NCBI GenBank assembly: GCA_029243605.1
Contig: JAQWRT010000052.1
Location: 328 to 64,327, forward strand
Source: Myxococcota bacterium
Lineage (GTDB): Bacteria; Myxococcota_A; UBA9160; UBA4427
Direction of reading: 5' to 3'
DNA: 64,000 nt
The notes under the pieces were generated by a model. The model saw only the letters and a list, made by a program, of their open reading frames with translations. It did no database searches and was not told the DNA's origin. Below are positions 28,490 through 36,573 of this stretch, in pieces. Within the stretch, counting starts at the first letter, position 1. Each line of letters begins with the position of its first letter. Both the position numbers and the translations under genes were made by a program.

Positions 28490-29038
28490 GTGTCCGCGCC
28501 TATCGCCTCGGTGCCCCTAGCCGACCCCTCCTCCCTCTTCCTGGCCTACGAGGAAGAGATTCGAACCTGCGCGCGCCTTGGCCCCCTCACAGATCTCGCC
28601 TGCGGTCGGGGCCGCCACGCCCTAAGAGCTGCCGAATGGGGCTTGCCCGTCATCGGCCTGGATCGCAATCGCGAGTTCCTGACCGAATTGGGTCGACAGT
28701 CCGAGACCGGCAACCGCGCATTACACTGCCTCCGCGCCGATCTTGAAAGCGCCCCTTGCCTCCCCTTGGCTCCCGCCTCGTGCGGAGTCGTCCTTGTCTT
28801 CCGCTTTCTCTTTCGCGCCCTGGCCCCCCACATCGAGGAGCTTCTGGCCCCCGGTGGCCTGCTGCTCTACGAGACCTTTCTGCGAACCCAAAACGGTTCT
28901 TCCGGAGGCCCGCGCAACCCGGCCTTCCGGCTCGCCCTCGGCGAACTTCCAAGCCTCTTTCCCGGGCTCGAGACCCTGGAGTACCAAGAATCCTCCCACG
29001 AGGGCTGGGCTCGCCTGGCGGCGCGTAAACCGGGCTGA
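28490..29038 (+). CDS. class I SAM-dependent methyltransferase (small, TehB-like size)
   Basis: Motif I DLACGRGRHAL and the acidic loop VIGLDRN. I chose the GTG at 28490 (AGGAG 11 nt upstream). The longest ORF starts at TTG 28466, inside glpQ. Confidence 0.65.
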   Translation: MSAPIASVPLADPSSLFLAYEEEIRTCARLGPLTDLACGRGRHALRAAEWGLPVIGLDRNREFLTELGRQSETGNRALHCLRADLESAPCLPLAPASCGVVLVFRFLFRALAPHIEELLAPGGLLLYETFLRTQNGSSGGPRNPAFRLALGELPSLFPGLETLEYQESSHEGWARLAARKPG

Positions 29039-29060
29039 GCCGCCGACTTCTTTCGGAACC

Positions 29061-30125
29061 TCAAAGACGTTCCAAGGCCCATCGCGCGTGCTCGGCGAGC
29101 AGCGCATCCTCCCCCTCGGCAAAAATCTGAACCCGCGGCTTGAGCCCGGGATCTCCGCTATTGCCCGCCGCCACCAGGGCGTTGCGCATGAGACCTCGAT
29201 AGCGCGTGCGCCGGATCGCACTCCCCCGAGTCGACTCGCGCCACGCCTCTTCATCCAGGGAGAGCACCCAGTCGAGTTCGGCCTGGACCCAACGCGGGTC
29301 GGGCGCCAATCGCTCCCGCAAGCCCAAGGGATCGGGCAAATCTCCCGCCCGGCGGCGGCGGTTCCAGGGACACACGTCCTGACAGATATCGCAGCCGAAA
29401 GCCCAATCGCCGTGGTCGGCGCGCAGGCTCGGCTCGATCTCCTCCCGGGATTCGATGGTCGTATACGCGATACAGCGGCTCGCATCGAGCACATAGGGAC
29501 CCTCGAAGGCGTCGGTGGGACAGGCATCCAAACAGGCGCGACAGGTACCGCAATGGTCTGAAGCCGGCTCATCGAAATCGAGTTCGAGACTGCACAGAAG
29601 CACCCCGAGGAATATACGGGAGCCCAATTTTCGATCGATGATGCAAGTGTTCTTCGCCTGCCAGCCCAGTCCCGCTCTTGCGGCGAAGACGCGCTCGAGA
29701 ACCGGACCGGTATCCACGTAGCAGCGGGTCTCGACTTCCTCGGGGACCATGGCTTCCAGCGCCGTCGCCAGGGCTTGGAGAGGCTCGAGCATGACGTCGT
29801 GGTAGTCCTCCACCCCCACGTAACTGGCCACGCGCATGGGACTCCGAGGCGCAGGAGTATCCGACTCCGAACGCGGTGGGTCGTAGGCAAGCCCCACCGC
29901 GACCATGCTTCGCACCCCCGGCATCAGCCGCGCGGGGTCTTCGCGCTCGTCGACTCGGCGGCCGATATATCCCATGGTGCCCGCATAGCCCCGGTCGACC
30001 CACTCGCGCACAAATCGGGTTTCTGCACTGGGCTCGGGGGAGCAGATGCCTACCCGGTCGAAGCCCAGTGCCAGGGCCAGGGCCTTGACTCGGCTCGCCC
30101 GCTCGCTCGTCGCGTCGTCATCCAC
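29061..30125 (-). CDS. queG: tRNA epoxyqueuosine(34) reductase
   Basis: Two 4Fe-4S motifs (CGTCRACLDACPTDAF and CDICQDVCPWN) and a C-terminal HEAT-like tail. I chose the GTG at 30125 with a GGGAGAGGG SD. The 161-codon upstream extension is Arg/Gly junk. Confidence 0.85.
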   Translation of the reverse strand: MDDDATSERASRVKALALALGFDRVGICSPEPSAETRFVREWVDRGYAGTMGYIGRRVDEREDPARLMPGVRSMVAVGLAYDPPRSESDTPAPRSPMRVASYVGVEDYHDVMLEPLQALATALEAMVPEEVETRCYVDTGPVLERVFAARAGLGWQAKNTCIIDRKLGSRIFLGVLLCSLELDFDEPASDHCGTCRACLDACPTDAFEGPYVLDASRCIAYTTIESREEIEPSLRADHGDWAFGCDICQDVCPWNRRRRAGDLPDPLGLRERLAPDPRWVQAELDWVLSLDEEAWRESTRGSAIRRTRYRGLMRNALVAAGNSGDPGLKPRVQIFAEGEDALLAEHARWALERL

Positions 30126-30274
30126 GCGCTGCCCTCTCCCAAGATCGACGCGGCCCCTTGCCGGTTTCCCTATGGCTCCACTCGATCCTGAGTCTACACC
30201 GCCATCCCCTCCCTGCTCCCGGAACCCTGCATGCCCCGGCGAGCGAGAGTTTTCAGGCTGGGGCGACGGGGGCC

Positions 30275-30283
30275 TGTTAGAAT
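30275..30283 (+). promoter_or_regulatory. candidate extended -10 promoter (TGtTAGAAT) for the sulfotransferase gene
   Basis: TG at 30275-30276 and TAGAAT at 30278-30283, 53 nt upstream of GTG 30336. Confidence 0.25.
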
Positions 30284-30335
30284 GGAAGCCGTCTGCCGCT
30301 GGGGGCAGTCGCCATCGTATCCGGGACGGGCCAAA

Positions 30336-31346
30336 GTGCAGGACAGGCTTCTTTTCATCATCGGCGCTCCCCGTTCGGGCTCGACCTTGCTCAACCGCAT
30401 GCTCGGTGGGCACAGCGAAATCCACGCGCCCGCCGAGCCCCATATCCTGACCCCCCTGGCTCACCTCGGATATTACGCGCGGGTCGACGAAGCGCCCTAC
30501 GACCCGATCATCGCTCAGCTCGGAATCCGCGAACTCGTCCCCCACCTGCCCCAAGGCGAAGAGAGCTACCTCGATAGCCTGCGGGCCTACAGCGACCATC
30601 TCTACCAAGGCCTCCTCGAAGGAAGCCCCGCGCGCTACCTCTTAGACAAGACCCCGGCCTACGCGCTGGTTCTCGATTTCATGACTCGACTCTATCCCGA
30701 CGCGCGCTACGTGATTCTGACCCGCCACCCCATGGCGATCTGGTCCTCGGTGGTCGACTCCTTTTTCGACGGCGACCACGTCCTGGCCCACTCGCACAAC
30801 CCCATTCTCGAGCGCTACGTCCCGGCCATGGCTCGATTCCTTCGCGCTCCTCCCCGGCGCTCCATGCATATCCCCTACGAGGCCCTGGTGGCTGACCCCG
30901 AGGCCCACATGCGGTCCTTCTGCGACTTCGCCGAGCTCGAATTCGAGCCGGGCATGGTCGACTATGGCAAGGCCAGCAGCGAGGGTTCCGCCTCCCGGGG
31001 GCTCGGCGACCCCATGACCGTGGCCGGGCAGAGTCGGCCCGTCACCGACTCCCTCGCCAAATGGGCGGGCCAACTCAGCGGGCGCCCAGATCGCATCGAG
31101 CAAGCCCAGGATATCCTCGCTGAACTCGACGACCGCGACCTCGAGACCTGGGGCTTCGACCGCGCAACCCTCTCCGCCGAACTCGCCGCCATCGATCCCG
31201 CGGCCGCCCCCAAAAAGGGGCCGAAGTTCAGCCGCCACGTCCTCGAGCGGCGGGCCATGATGGCCGTCCGTCGGCGGGTGGGCGACAACTGGCTCGGTCG
31301 GGGAATTCGCAAGCTTCGCGAGATCTGCGATCTCCTCCTCCGCTAG
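30336..31346 (+). CDS. sulfotransferase family protein (PAPS-dependent type)
   Basis: The 5'-PSB loop LLFIIGAPRSGSTLL lies near the N-terminus, and RHP lies within YVILTRHPM. I prefer the GTG at 30336 because it places the P-loop at the usual distance. The ORF opens at 30231. Confidence 0.7.
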   Translation: MQDRLLFIIGAPRSGSTLLNRMLGGHSEIHAPAEPHILTPLAHLGYYARVDEAPYDPIIAQLGIRELVPHLPQGEESYLDSLRAYSDHLYQGLLEGSPARYLLDKTPAYALVLDFMTRLYPDARYVILTRHPMAIWSSVVDSFFDGDHVLAHSHNPILERYVPAMARFLRAPPRRSMHIPYEALVADPEAHMRSFCDFAELEFEPGMVDYGKASSEGSASRGLGDPMTVAGQSRPVTDSLAKWAGQLSGRPDRIEQAQDILAELDDRDLETWGFDRATLSAELAAIDPAAAPKKGPKFSRHVLERRAMMAVRRRVGDNWLGRGIRKLREICDLLLR

Positions 31347-31440
31347 TCCTCGATCCCCAGCGGCAGAGCTGAAAACGATACGCGCCACCGAAGAACTCCC
31401 GAGCTGACCCCGGGATGGGGACCGAGAGCGCAACCCTTCC

Positions 31441-32136
31441 ATGAACTACCGTGAGGAAGACATGAAAAACCTCTGGAGCGAAATCCGAGCAGCCATTCGG
31501 CGCTATTTCACCGCGGGCCTGCTGGCCTTCGCCCCCATCGGCATCACGCTCTGGGCGATCGTCTGGATTATCCAGCAGCTCGACAATCTGCTCCTCCCGA
31601 AAGTCCTCGGATGGTTCGGGCCCGTCGTGGGCGACCCCAGCGACCTGCCCCCCCTGGTGGGCGCTGGCTTCACCTTCTTGGTGATTCTTCTCGCCGGGGT
31701 GGTCGTTCGCCATCTCTTCGGAAACGAAGTTCTTCGCCTGGGCGAGCGCCTCCTGGGCCGGGTCCCCGTAGCCCGGAGCATCTACTACGGGGTCAAGCAA
31801 CTCTTCGAAGCGATCTTTTCGAGTCCCGCTAGCGAGAAGAGCTTCAGTCGGGTCGTTCTGGTGGAATACCCCCGAAAGGGAATTTGGGGGATCGCCTTCG
31901 TCACCGGCGCTGTACGCGGGCCGGTCGCTGAGCCCTTCAACGGCGAGCCCATGCTGAACTGTTTCATCCCCACCACCCCGAACCCAACCTCGGGTTTTTA
32001 CCTCCTCGTCCCCGAGGACCAGGCGCTGGAAGTCGAAATCAGCGTCGAGGACGCCTTCAAGGTGATCATGTCCGCTGGGCTCGTCACCCCGACCACGAGC
32101 GGTCAACAGGCCTCGCTCCCCGGCATCGCCGACTGA
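31441..32136 (+). CDS. DUF502-family membrane protein
   Basis: Two N-terminal TM helices and the conserved FIPTTPNPTSGFYLLVP motif. ATG 31462 (GAGGAAG SD) is an alternative start. Confidence 0.75.
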   Translation: MNYREEDMKNLWSEIRAAIRRYFTAGLLAFAPIGITLWAIVWIIQQLDNLLLPKVLGWFGPVVGDPSDLPPLVGAGFTFLVILLAGVVVRHLFGNEVLRLGERLLGRVPVARSIYYGVKQLFEAIFSSPASEKSFSRVVLVEYPRKGIWGIAFVTGAVRGPVAEPFNGEPMLNCFIPTTPNPTSGFYLLVPEDQALEVEISVEDAFKVIMSAGLVTPTTSGQQASLPGIAD

Positions 32137-32163
32137 GCGCGAGCCCGATCCCGGTTCTCTCGC

Positions 32164-32676
32164 CTACTCGGGATCGCTGGGATATTCGACGGCGACCACC
32201 TCGTACTCGATATCCCCCCGCGGACGCCGAACGGTCAGCTCGTCGCCCACCACTTTGCCCAGGAGTCCGCGCCCTACGGGCGAGTCCATGCTGATCAAGC
32301 CATTGGGCGGATCGGACTCATCGGGGCCTACCACCCGGTAGCGTACCCGCTGGCCTTCCGCGTCCTCCAAGCTGACCCAAGCGCCGAAAAAAACGCGATC
32401 CGCCTCGCGATCGGCATCGGGTTGGACAACCTGCAGCGCCTCCATACGCTTTTCCAGGAAGCGCAGACGCCGATCGATCTCGCGCAGGCGTTTTTTACCG
32501 TAGATATAGTCGGCATTCTCCGAGCGATCGCCCAGGGCGGCGGCCACGGAAACCTGGTGGGTCACCCTCGGACGCTCCAACTTCCACAACTCGTGGTGCT
32601 CCACCCGAAGGCGCTCATAGCCCTCGGGCGTAATATAGTTGCTTCCCTTGGGAGCTTTTTTCGAATCCGTCGCCAC
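32164..32676 (-). CDS. greB: transcription elongation factor GreB
   Basis: ITPEGYERL...LGDRSENADYIYGKKRLREIDRRLRFL is nearly identical in pattern to E. coli GreB. GTG start. Confidence 0.9.
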   Translation of the reverse strand: MATDSKKAPKGSNYITPEGYERLRVEHHELWKLERPRVTHQVSVAAALGDRSENADYIYGKKRLREIDRRLRFLEKRMEALQVVQPDADREADRVFFGAWVSLEDAEGQRVRYRVVGPDESDPPNGLISMDSPVGRGLLGKVVGDELTVRRPRGDIEYEVVAVEYPSDPE

Positions 32677-32750
32677 GCGCCAACCATGCCGCCCCCTCAG
32701 GAATCGGTCAAGCCCAAGAACGCTTAGGAACTTCCGTCCCGAAAACAGAG

Positions 32751-32759
32751 TGGTATAGT
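32751..32759 (+). promoter_or_regulatory. extended -10 element TGgTATAGT, 6 nt upstream of ATG 32766 (leaderless-type)
   Basis: Read directly. No SD lies between the element and the ATG. Confidence 0.3.
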
Positions 32760-32765
32760 GCCCCC

Positions 32766-33080
32766 ATGTCAGAGATTTCTTCGACCTCAGACCCGAAACC
32801 GCCAGTGGAGCCGGGACCGCCCCCGACCCCCTTCGATCACCCGCTCTTCCTGCCCATCCTTTTGCTGGCCGGCGTCCTGTGGTTCGGATATGACGGCTGG
32901 ATCAACACCGATCCGGAAATGGTCGAGCATCAAGATTTCAACCGCTACGGGTTCGGCGTGCTTGTGCTTCTCTGCGGCTGGTTCGGCTACAAGGGCTGGA
33001 ACGAATGGCAGGAGGATCGGGCCGCGGCCGCAAAGGCCAGCTCCCCCGGCGAGAATAAACCCGAGGGCGGAACGTCCTGA
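32766..33080 (+). CDS. small hypothetical membrane protein (2 TM, Pro-rich N-terminus)
   Basis: 104-aa ORF with two clear hydrophobic helices, sitting in its own gap. No family recognised. Confidence 0.45.
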   Translation: MSEISSTSDPKPPVEPGPPPTPFDHPLFLPILLLAGVLWFGYDGWINTDPEMVEHQDFNRYGFGVLVLLCGWFGYKGWNEWQEDRAAAAKASSPGENKPEGGTS

Positions 33081-33122
33081 GCCTTGGATCCAAAGCGCGC
33101 CTGAACCAGGGAGACCAATGCG

Positions 33123-33908
33123 ATGCTGATGGATCGCTTCAAACTCGACGGCAAGGTTGCCGTCGTGACCGGAGCCGGGCGTGGAATCGGACAGGGCTGT
33201 GCCCTCGCCTTCGCCGAACTCGGTGCGAACGTGGTCTGCTCTGCACGGACCCCGGAGCAAATTGAGGAGACCGCCGAGCGCGCTGAGGCCTTTGGCGCCG
33301 ATGCTCTCGCGGTGCCCTGCGACGTCACCGATGCGGACCAACTCGAGAACGTCGTCAACAAGACCCTCGAGCGCTTCGGGCGCATCGACATCCTGGTCAA
33401 CAACGCGGGGGGATCTCCGCCTCGGCCGGCCCTCGAGACGAGCGAGGCCATGTTCAACCGAGCATTCCAGTTCAACGTCACCACCGCGCTGAATCTCACA
33501 CGAATGGTCGTTCCGCACATGCTCGAAAGGGATGGCGGCTCGGTGGTGAACATCTCTTCGGCGGCGGGTCGTCTGGCCCAGAGCGGTTTCGCCGCGTACG
33601 GCACGGCCAAAGCCGCGCTCTCCGCACTCACCCGCTTGCTGGGCCAGGAATTCGCACCCCGGGTACGTGTCAATGCCATCGCCGTGGGGTCCATCGCCAC
33701 TTCGGCGCTCCTGCCCTTTCTCGATGACAAGACTCGGGGCCAAATGGAGTCCATGACCCCCATGGCACGCCTGGGCGAGGTCGACGATATCGCCCTCGCG
33801 GCGCTCTACCTCGCATCGCCGGCTTCGAGCTGGGTCACGGGCAAGATCTTCGAGGTCGATGGGGGCACAGAATCCACGAACTGGCCCTTCGAATTCCCAT
33901 CGGCGTGA
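33123..33908 (+). CDS. SDR family oxidoreductase (FabG-like)
   Basis: VAVVTGAGRGIGQG, NNAG and YGTAK motifs. GGGAGA SD. Confidence 0.85.
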   Translation: MLMDRFKLDGKVAVVTGAGRGIGQGCALAFAELGANVVCSARTPEQIEETAERAEAFGADALAVPCDVTDADQLENVVNKTLERFGRIDILVNNAGGSPPRPALETSEAMFNRAFQFNVTTALNLTRMVVPHMLERDGGSVVNISSAAGRLAQSGFAAYGTAKAALSALTRLLGQEFAPRVRVNAIAVGSIATSALLPFLDDKTRGQMESMTPMARLGEVDDIALAALYLASPASSWVTGKIFEVDGGTESTNWPFEFPSA

Positions 33909-33909
33909 C

Positions 33910-34152
33910 GGCACGCCCCTGCTCGGTGCTCTCCTCTCGGATGTCTCCCTCGGCAACCTTTTCACCTCGCTGGTGAATTTCCTGATCCAAGACGCCCAGG
34001 GCAATAGTCGCCTGGCGGGCCCGGACTACTACCTCTTCTTCGCCACCGCCATGTTGCTCACCGCCATCGCCTTCGTTCCCAAGGCCATCCGCTACCCGGA
34101 GCGCGCGTACCTCCAAACCGAGGCCCCGGACACGTCGCCCTCAGCCGGTTAG
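33910..34152 (+). pseudogene. possible C-terminal remnant of a polytopic transporter (MFS/POT-like last two helices)
   Basis: In-frame LLGALLSDVSLGNLFTSLVNFLIQDAQGNSRLAGPDYYLFFATAMLLTAIAFVPKAIRY reads like a transporter C-terminus. No ATG/GTG/TTG precedes the first helix after the SDR stop. Confidence 0.3.
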
Positions 34153-34204
34153 GCTCTCGGGGACCGTCCGCGAGCCCCCTCTCTCTCGAACCCAAACGGA
34201 AGCC

Positions 34205-35263
34205 GTGATGTCCACCGACACGACTCGAAAACGCCCCCTGGGCATCATCATCAACCCGGTGTCGGGCAGGGACGCGCGACGCCTCTTCGCCCGGGCCAGC
34301 CCATCCACCCACGAGAGCAAACGCAACCAGGTGGAGCGCATCATCGTCGGCGCCGCCGCTAGCGGGGTCGAGCGAGTTCTCCTGGTTCACGATGCCTTCC
34401 GGATCGCGGACAGCGCCGTCGAAGCCCTGGGCGTCGATATCGAGATCGAGCTCAAAGATCTCGGCGCTCGCTGCAACGCTACGGATACCGTCGCCGCGGT
34501 GGAATGGATGCGCGACGAGGATTGCGGCGCCCTCGCCGTGCTCGGCGGGGACGGCACCAGCCGAATTGTGGCCCGCACCTGGCCCGACGCGACCCTCCTT
34601 CCCCTCTCCACCGGGACCAACAACGTCTTTCCCCAGATGATCGAGGCCACCGTCGCTGGAGCGGCGGCTGGCCTCATCGCCGGGGGCACCGTGAAGCGAG
34701 ACGAGGCCGCGCGCCGGGCCAAGGTCGTGCGGATCGAGATCGAAGGCGAGGATGCGGATCTCGCGCTCATCGACGCCGTACACATGGTCGACGACAGCAC
34801 GGGAAACCTACTCCCCTTCAACCCCGAGCGGATGCGCGAGTTGGTGCTCTCCCGAGCCCTCCCCGATGCCGTGGGCATGTCACCCGTAGGCGGGCTTCTG
34901 CATCCCTGCTCTGCCGACGACGATTTTGGAGTGCTGGTGGAATGCGCCGAACCCGGTCAGGGCAAGGGACGGGTATTGGCCCCGATCTCTCCCGGCCTCT
35001 ACCGCCAGGTCGAGATCACCGGCCACCGGCGACTGGAGCTCGGAGAGCGCGTTCCCCTGACGGGACCGGGGTTGATCGCTTGCGATGGCGATCGCGAGCG
35101 CGATCTCGGCCCCTCGGGTTCCGCCTCCCTGCGCGTGGAACGCGATGGCCCCTTCGTCGTCGACGAAAAGCGGGCTCTCACCGCGGCGGCGAGCCGAGGC
35201 AGCTATCTGGACCGGGCCCACTGGCACGACCACAGGGACGGAACGGCCTTCGACTGCTGCTGA
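34205..35263 (+). CDS. ATP-NAD kinase family protein (AcoX-like)
   Basis: LGIIINPVSG, VLGGDGTSRIV and TGTNNVF motifs of the NAD kinase / DAG kinase fold. The ~350 aa length matches AcoX-type proteins. Confidence 0.7.
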   Translation: MMSTDTTRKRPLGIIINPVSGRDARRLFARASPSTHESKRNQVERIIVGAAASGVERVLLVHDAFRIADSAVEALGVDIEIELKDLGARCNATDTVAAVEWMRDEDCGALAVLGGDGTSRIVARTWPDATLLPLSTGTNNVFPQMIEATVAGAAAGLIAGGTVKRDEAARRAKVVRIEIEGEDADLALIDAVHMVDDSTGNLLPFNPERMRELVLSRALPDAVGMSPVGGLLHPCSADDDFGVLVECAEPGQGKGRVLAPISPGLYRQVEITGHRRLELGERVPLTGPGLIACDGDRERDLGPSGSASLRVERDGPFVVDEKRALTAAASRGSYLDRAHWHDHRDGTAFDCC

Positions 35264-35356
35264 ATACGGGCCTGAAACGAACTTTTCCAACGAGGAGCAG
35301 AGAACCATGCGGATGGCGACGCCTCCCCCACCGATCGGAACCGAGCGGAGCGGACC

Positions 35357-35689
35357 ATGCTGAGCCAACTGCGGTGGGTTCTCGGTATGGCCATCGGCGT
35401 CGCCATCATGGCCGCGGTCTGGCAGGAGCCCTATGTCCGGGATCCCAGCGGGGAGCCCGCTCGACCCCGACCGACCGTCGCCCGCAGCGCGGAGCCCGCC
35501 GCCCTCTCCCCCTCGGTCCGATGGCAGCTCCGGCTCGAGGCGTATTGGGCCGAACTCGACGCAGCGCTGGCCGACCCAAAGAATGCCGAGGCCGATCATC
35601 GAGCGATCCAGGAGAACCTACGCGCCCAGCATTTCGAAATCGATGAGCGCCCCACCGTCCGGACTCTAGACGCCAGCCGCGAGGGGTAG
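35357..35689 (+). CDS. hypothetical N-terminally anchored protein
   Basis: 110-aa ORF with a GGAG SD 8 nt upstream, one TM helix (WVLGMAIGVAIMAAVW) and a helical C-terminus. No family recognised. Confidence 0.4.
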   Translation: MLSQLRWVLGMAIGVAIMAAVWQEPYVRDPSGEPARPRPTVARSAEPAALSPSVRWQLRLEAYWAELDAALADPKNAEADHRAIQENLRAQHFEIDERPTVRTLDASREG

Positions 35690-35702
35690 CCCCGTCGACG
35701 CG

Positions 35703-35731
35703 TTGATAAAGAGGCCGCCAGGCCCCAGAAT
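35703..35731 (+). promoter_or_regulatory. sigma-70 promoter TTGATA-N17-CAGAAT ending 6 nt before the sirtuin ATG (leaderless-type)
   Basis: TTGATA at 35703-35708, an exact 17-nt spacer, CAGAAT at 35726-35731, then ATG at 35738. Confidence 0.45.
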
Positions 35732-35737
35732 GGAGCC

Positions 35738-36517
35738 ATGCCCGATTCCTCCGACTCCGATCTCGAAGCCGCCATCGCCCACAGCCGGGAATTAATCGAC
35801 CAGGCCGAGCGCATCGTGGTGCTCACCGGAGCGGGCATCTCCACCGACTCGGGCATCCCGGATTTTCGTGGGCCCAAAGGCGTCTGGACACGAAACCCCG
35901 AGGCCGAAAAAATGGCCACCCTGGAGCATTATATGGGCGACCCGGCTGTCCGCGAACGCTCCTGGCAGATGAAGCTCGAGCACACCGAAAATGTTCGCGC
36001 CCCGAACCCGGGCCATGCGGCACTGGTCGAACTCGAGCGACGCGGCAAGCTCGACACCCTGATCACCCAGAATGTCGACGGACTCCATCACGATGCCGGG
36101 CATACGGCCCACCGGGTCGTCGAAATACACGGCACCCTCCGCGAAGTCGTCTGCATGCACTGCAGCGAGCGAGCCCCCATGGAGCGCGCCCTGGCCCGGG
36201 TGCGTGCGGGGGAGAGCGACCCGGAATGTCGCAGCTGCGGAGGCATCCTGAAATCAGCGACGATCTCCTTCGGTCAGGGTCTCGTGGCCGAAGATCTTCA
36301 GCGCTGCGAGAGAGCGGCGCTGGCATGCGACCTCATGTTCGCCATCGGAACCACCCTCGGCGTCTATCCCGCGGCAGGGGTCGTCCCCGCCGCTCGGCAG
36401 GCGGGGGCCGGAGTGATCATCCTCAACGCCGAAGCCACGGAAATGGACGCTCTCGCCCACGTCATCCTGCGCGGGTCGATCAGCGAAATTCTGCCCCGGC
36501 TGCTCGACGGCACCTGA
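35738..36517 (+). CDS. cobB: NAD-dependent protein deacylase (Sir2/CobB family)
   Basis: LTGAGISTDSGIPDFRGPKG, QNVDGLH and the Zn ribbon CMHC...CRSCGG. Confidence 0.9.
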   Translation: MPDSSDSDLEAAIAHSRELIDQAERIVVLTGAGISTDSGIPDFRGPKGVWTRNPEAEKMATLEHYMGDPAVRERSWQMKLEHTENVRAPNPGHAALVELERRGKLDTLITQNVDGLHHDAGHTAHRVVEIHGTLREVVCMHCSERAPMERALARVRAGESDPECRSCGGILKSATISFGQGLVAEDLQRCERAALACDLMFAIGTTLGVYPAAGVVPAARQAGAGVIILNAEATEMDALAHVILRGSISEILPRLLDGT

Positions 36518-36573
36518 GGCTTCGCCTCCCGCAACACTCTCGCTCTGCCTACCCGCCCCATGCGCGCTTTTGG

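Noticed and set aside
28721-29890. A 389-aa minus-strand ORF overlapping the methyltransferase and queG.
   Set aside because: It is on the same strand as queG but out of frame, and queG carries unmistakable 4Fe-4S motifs in its own frame. The ORF is Trp/Arg/Pro-rich junk.
35738-36517. Sir2 domain as part of an anti-phage system (Thoeris, DSR or SIR2-HerA-like).
   Set aside because: It is a compact 259-aa canonical sirtuin with an intact Zn ribbon and the GAGISxxxGIPDFR motif. It has no fused or adjacent effector or sensor genes such as TIR, HerA, pAgo or SLOG.
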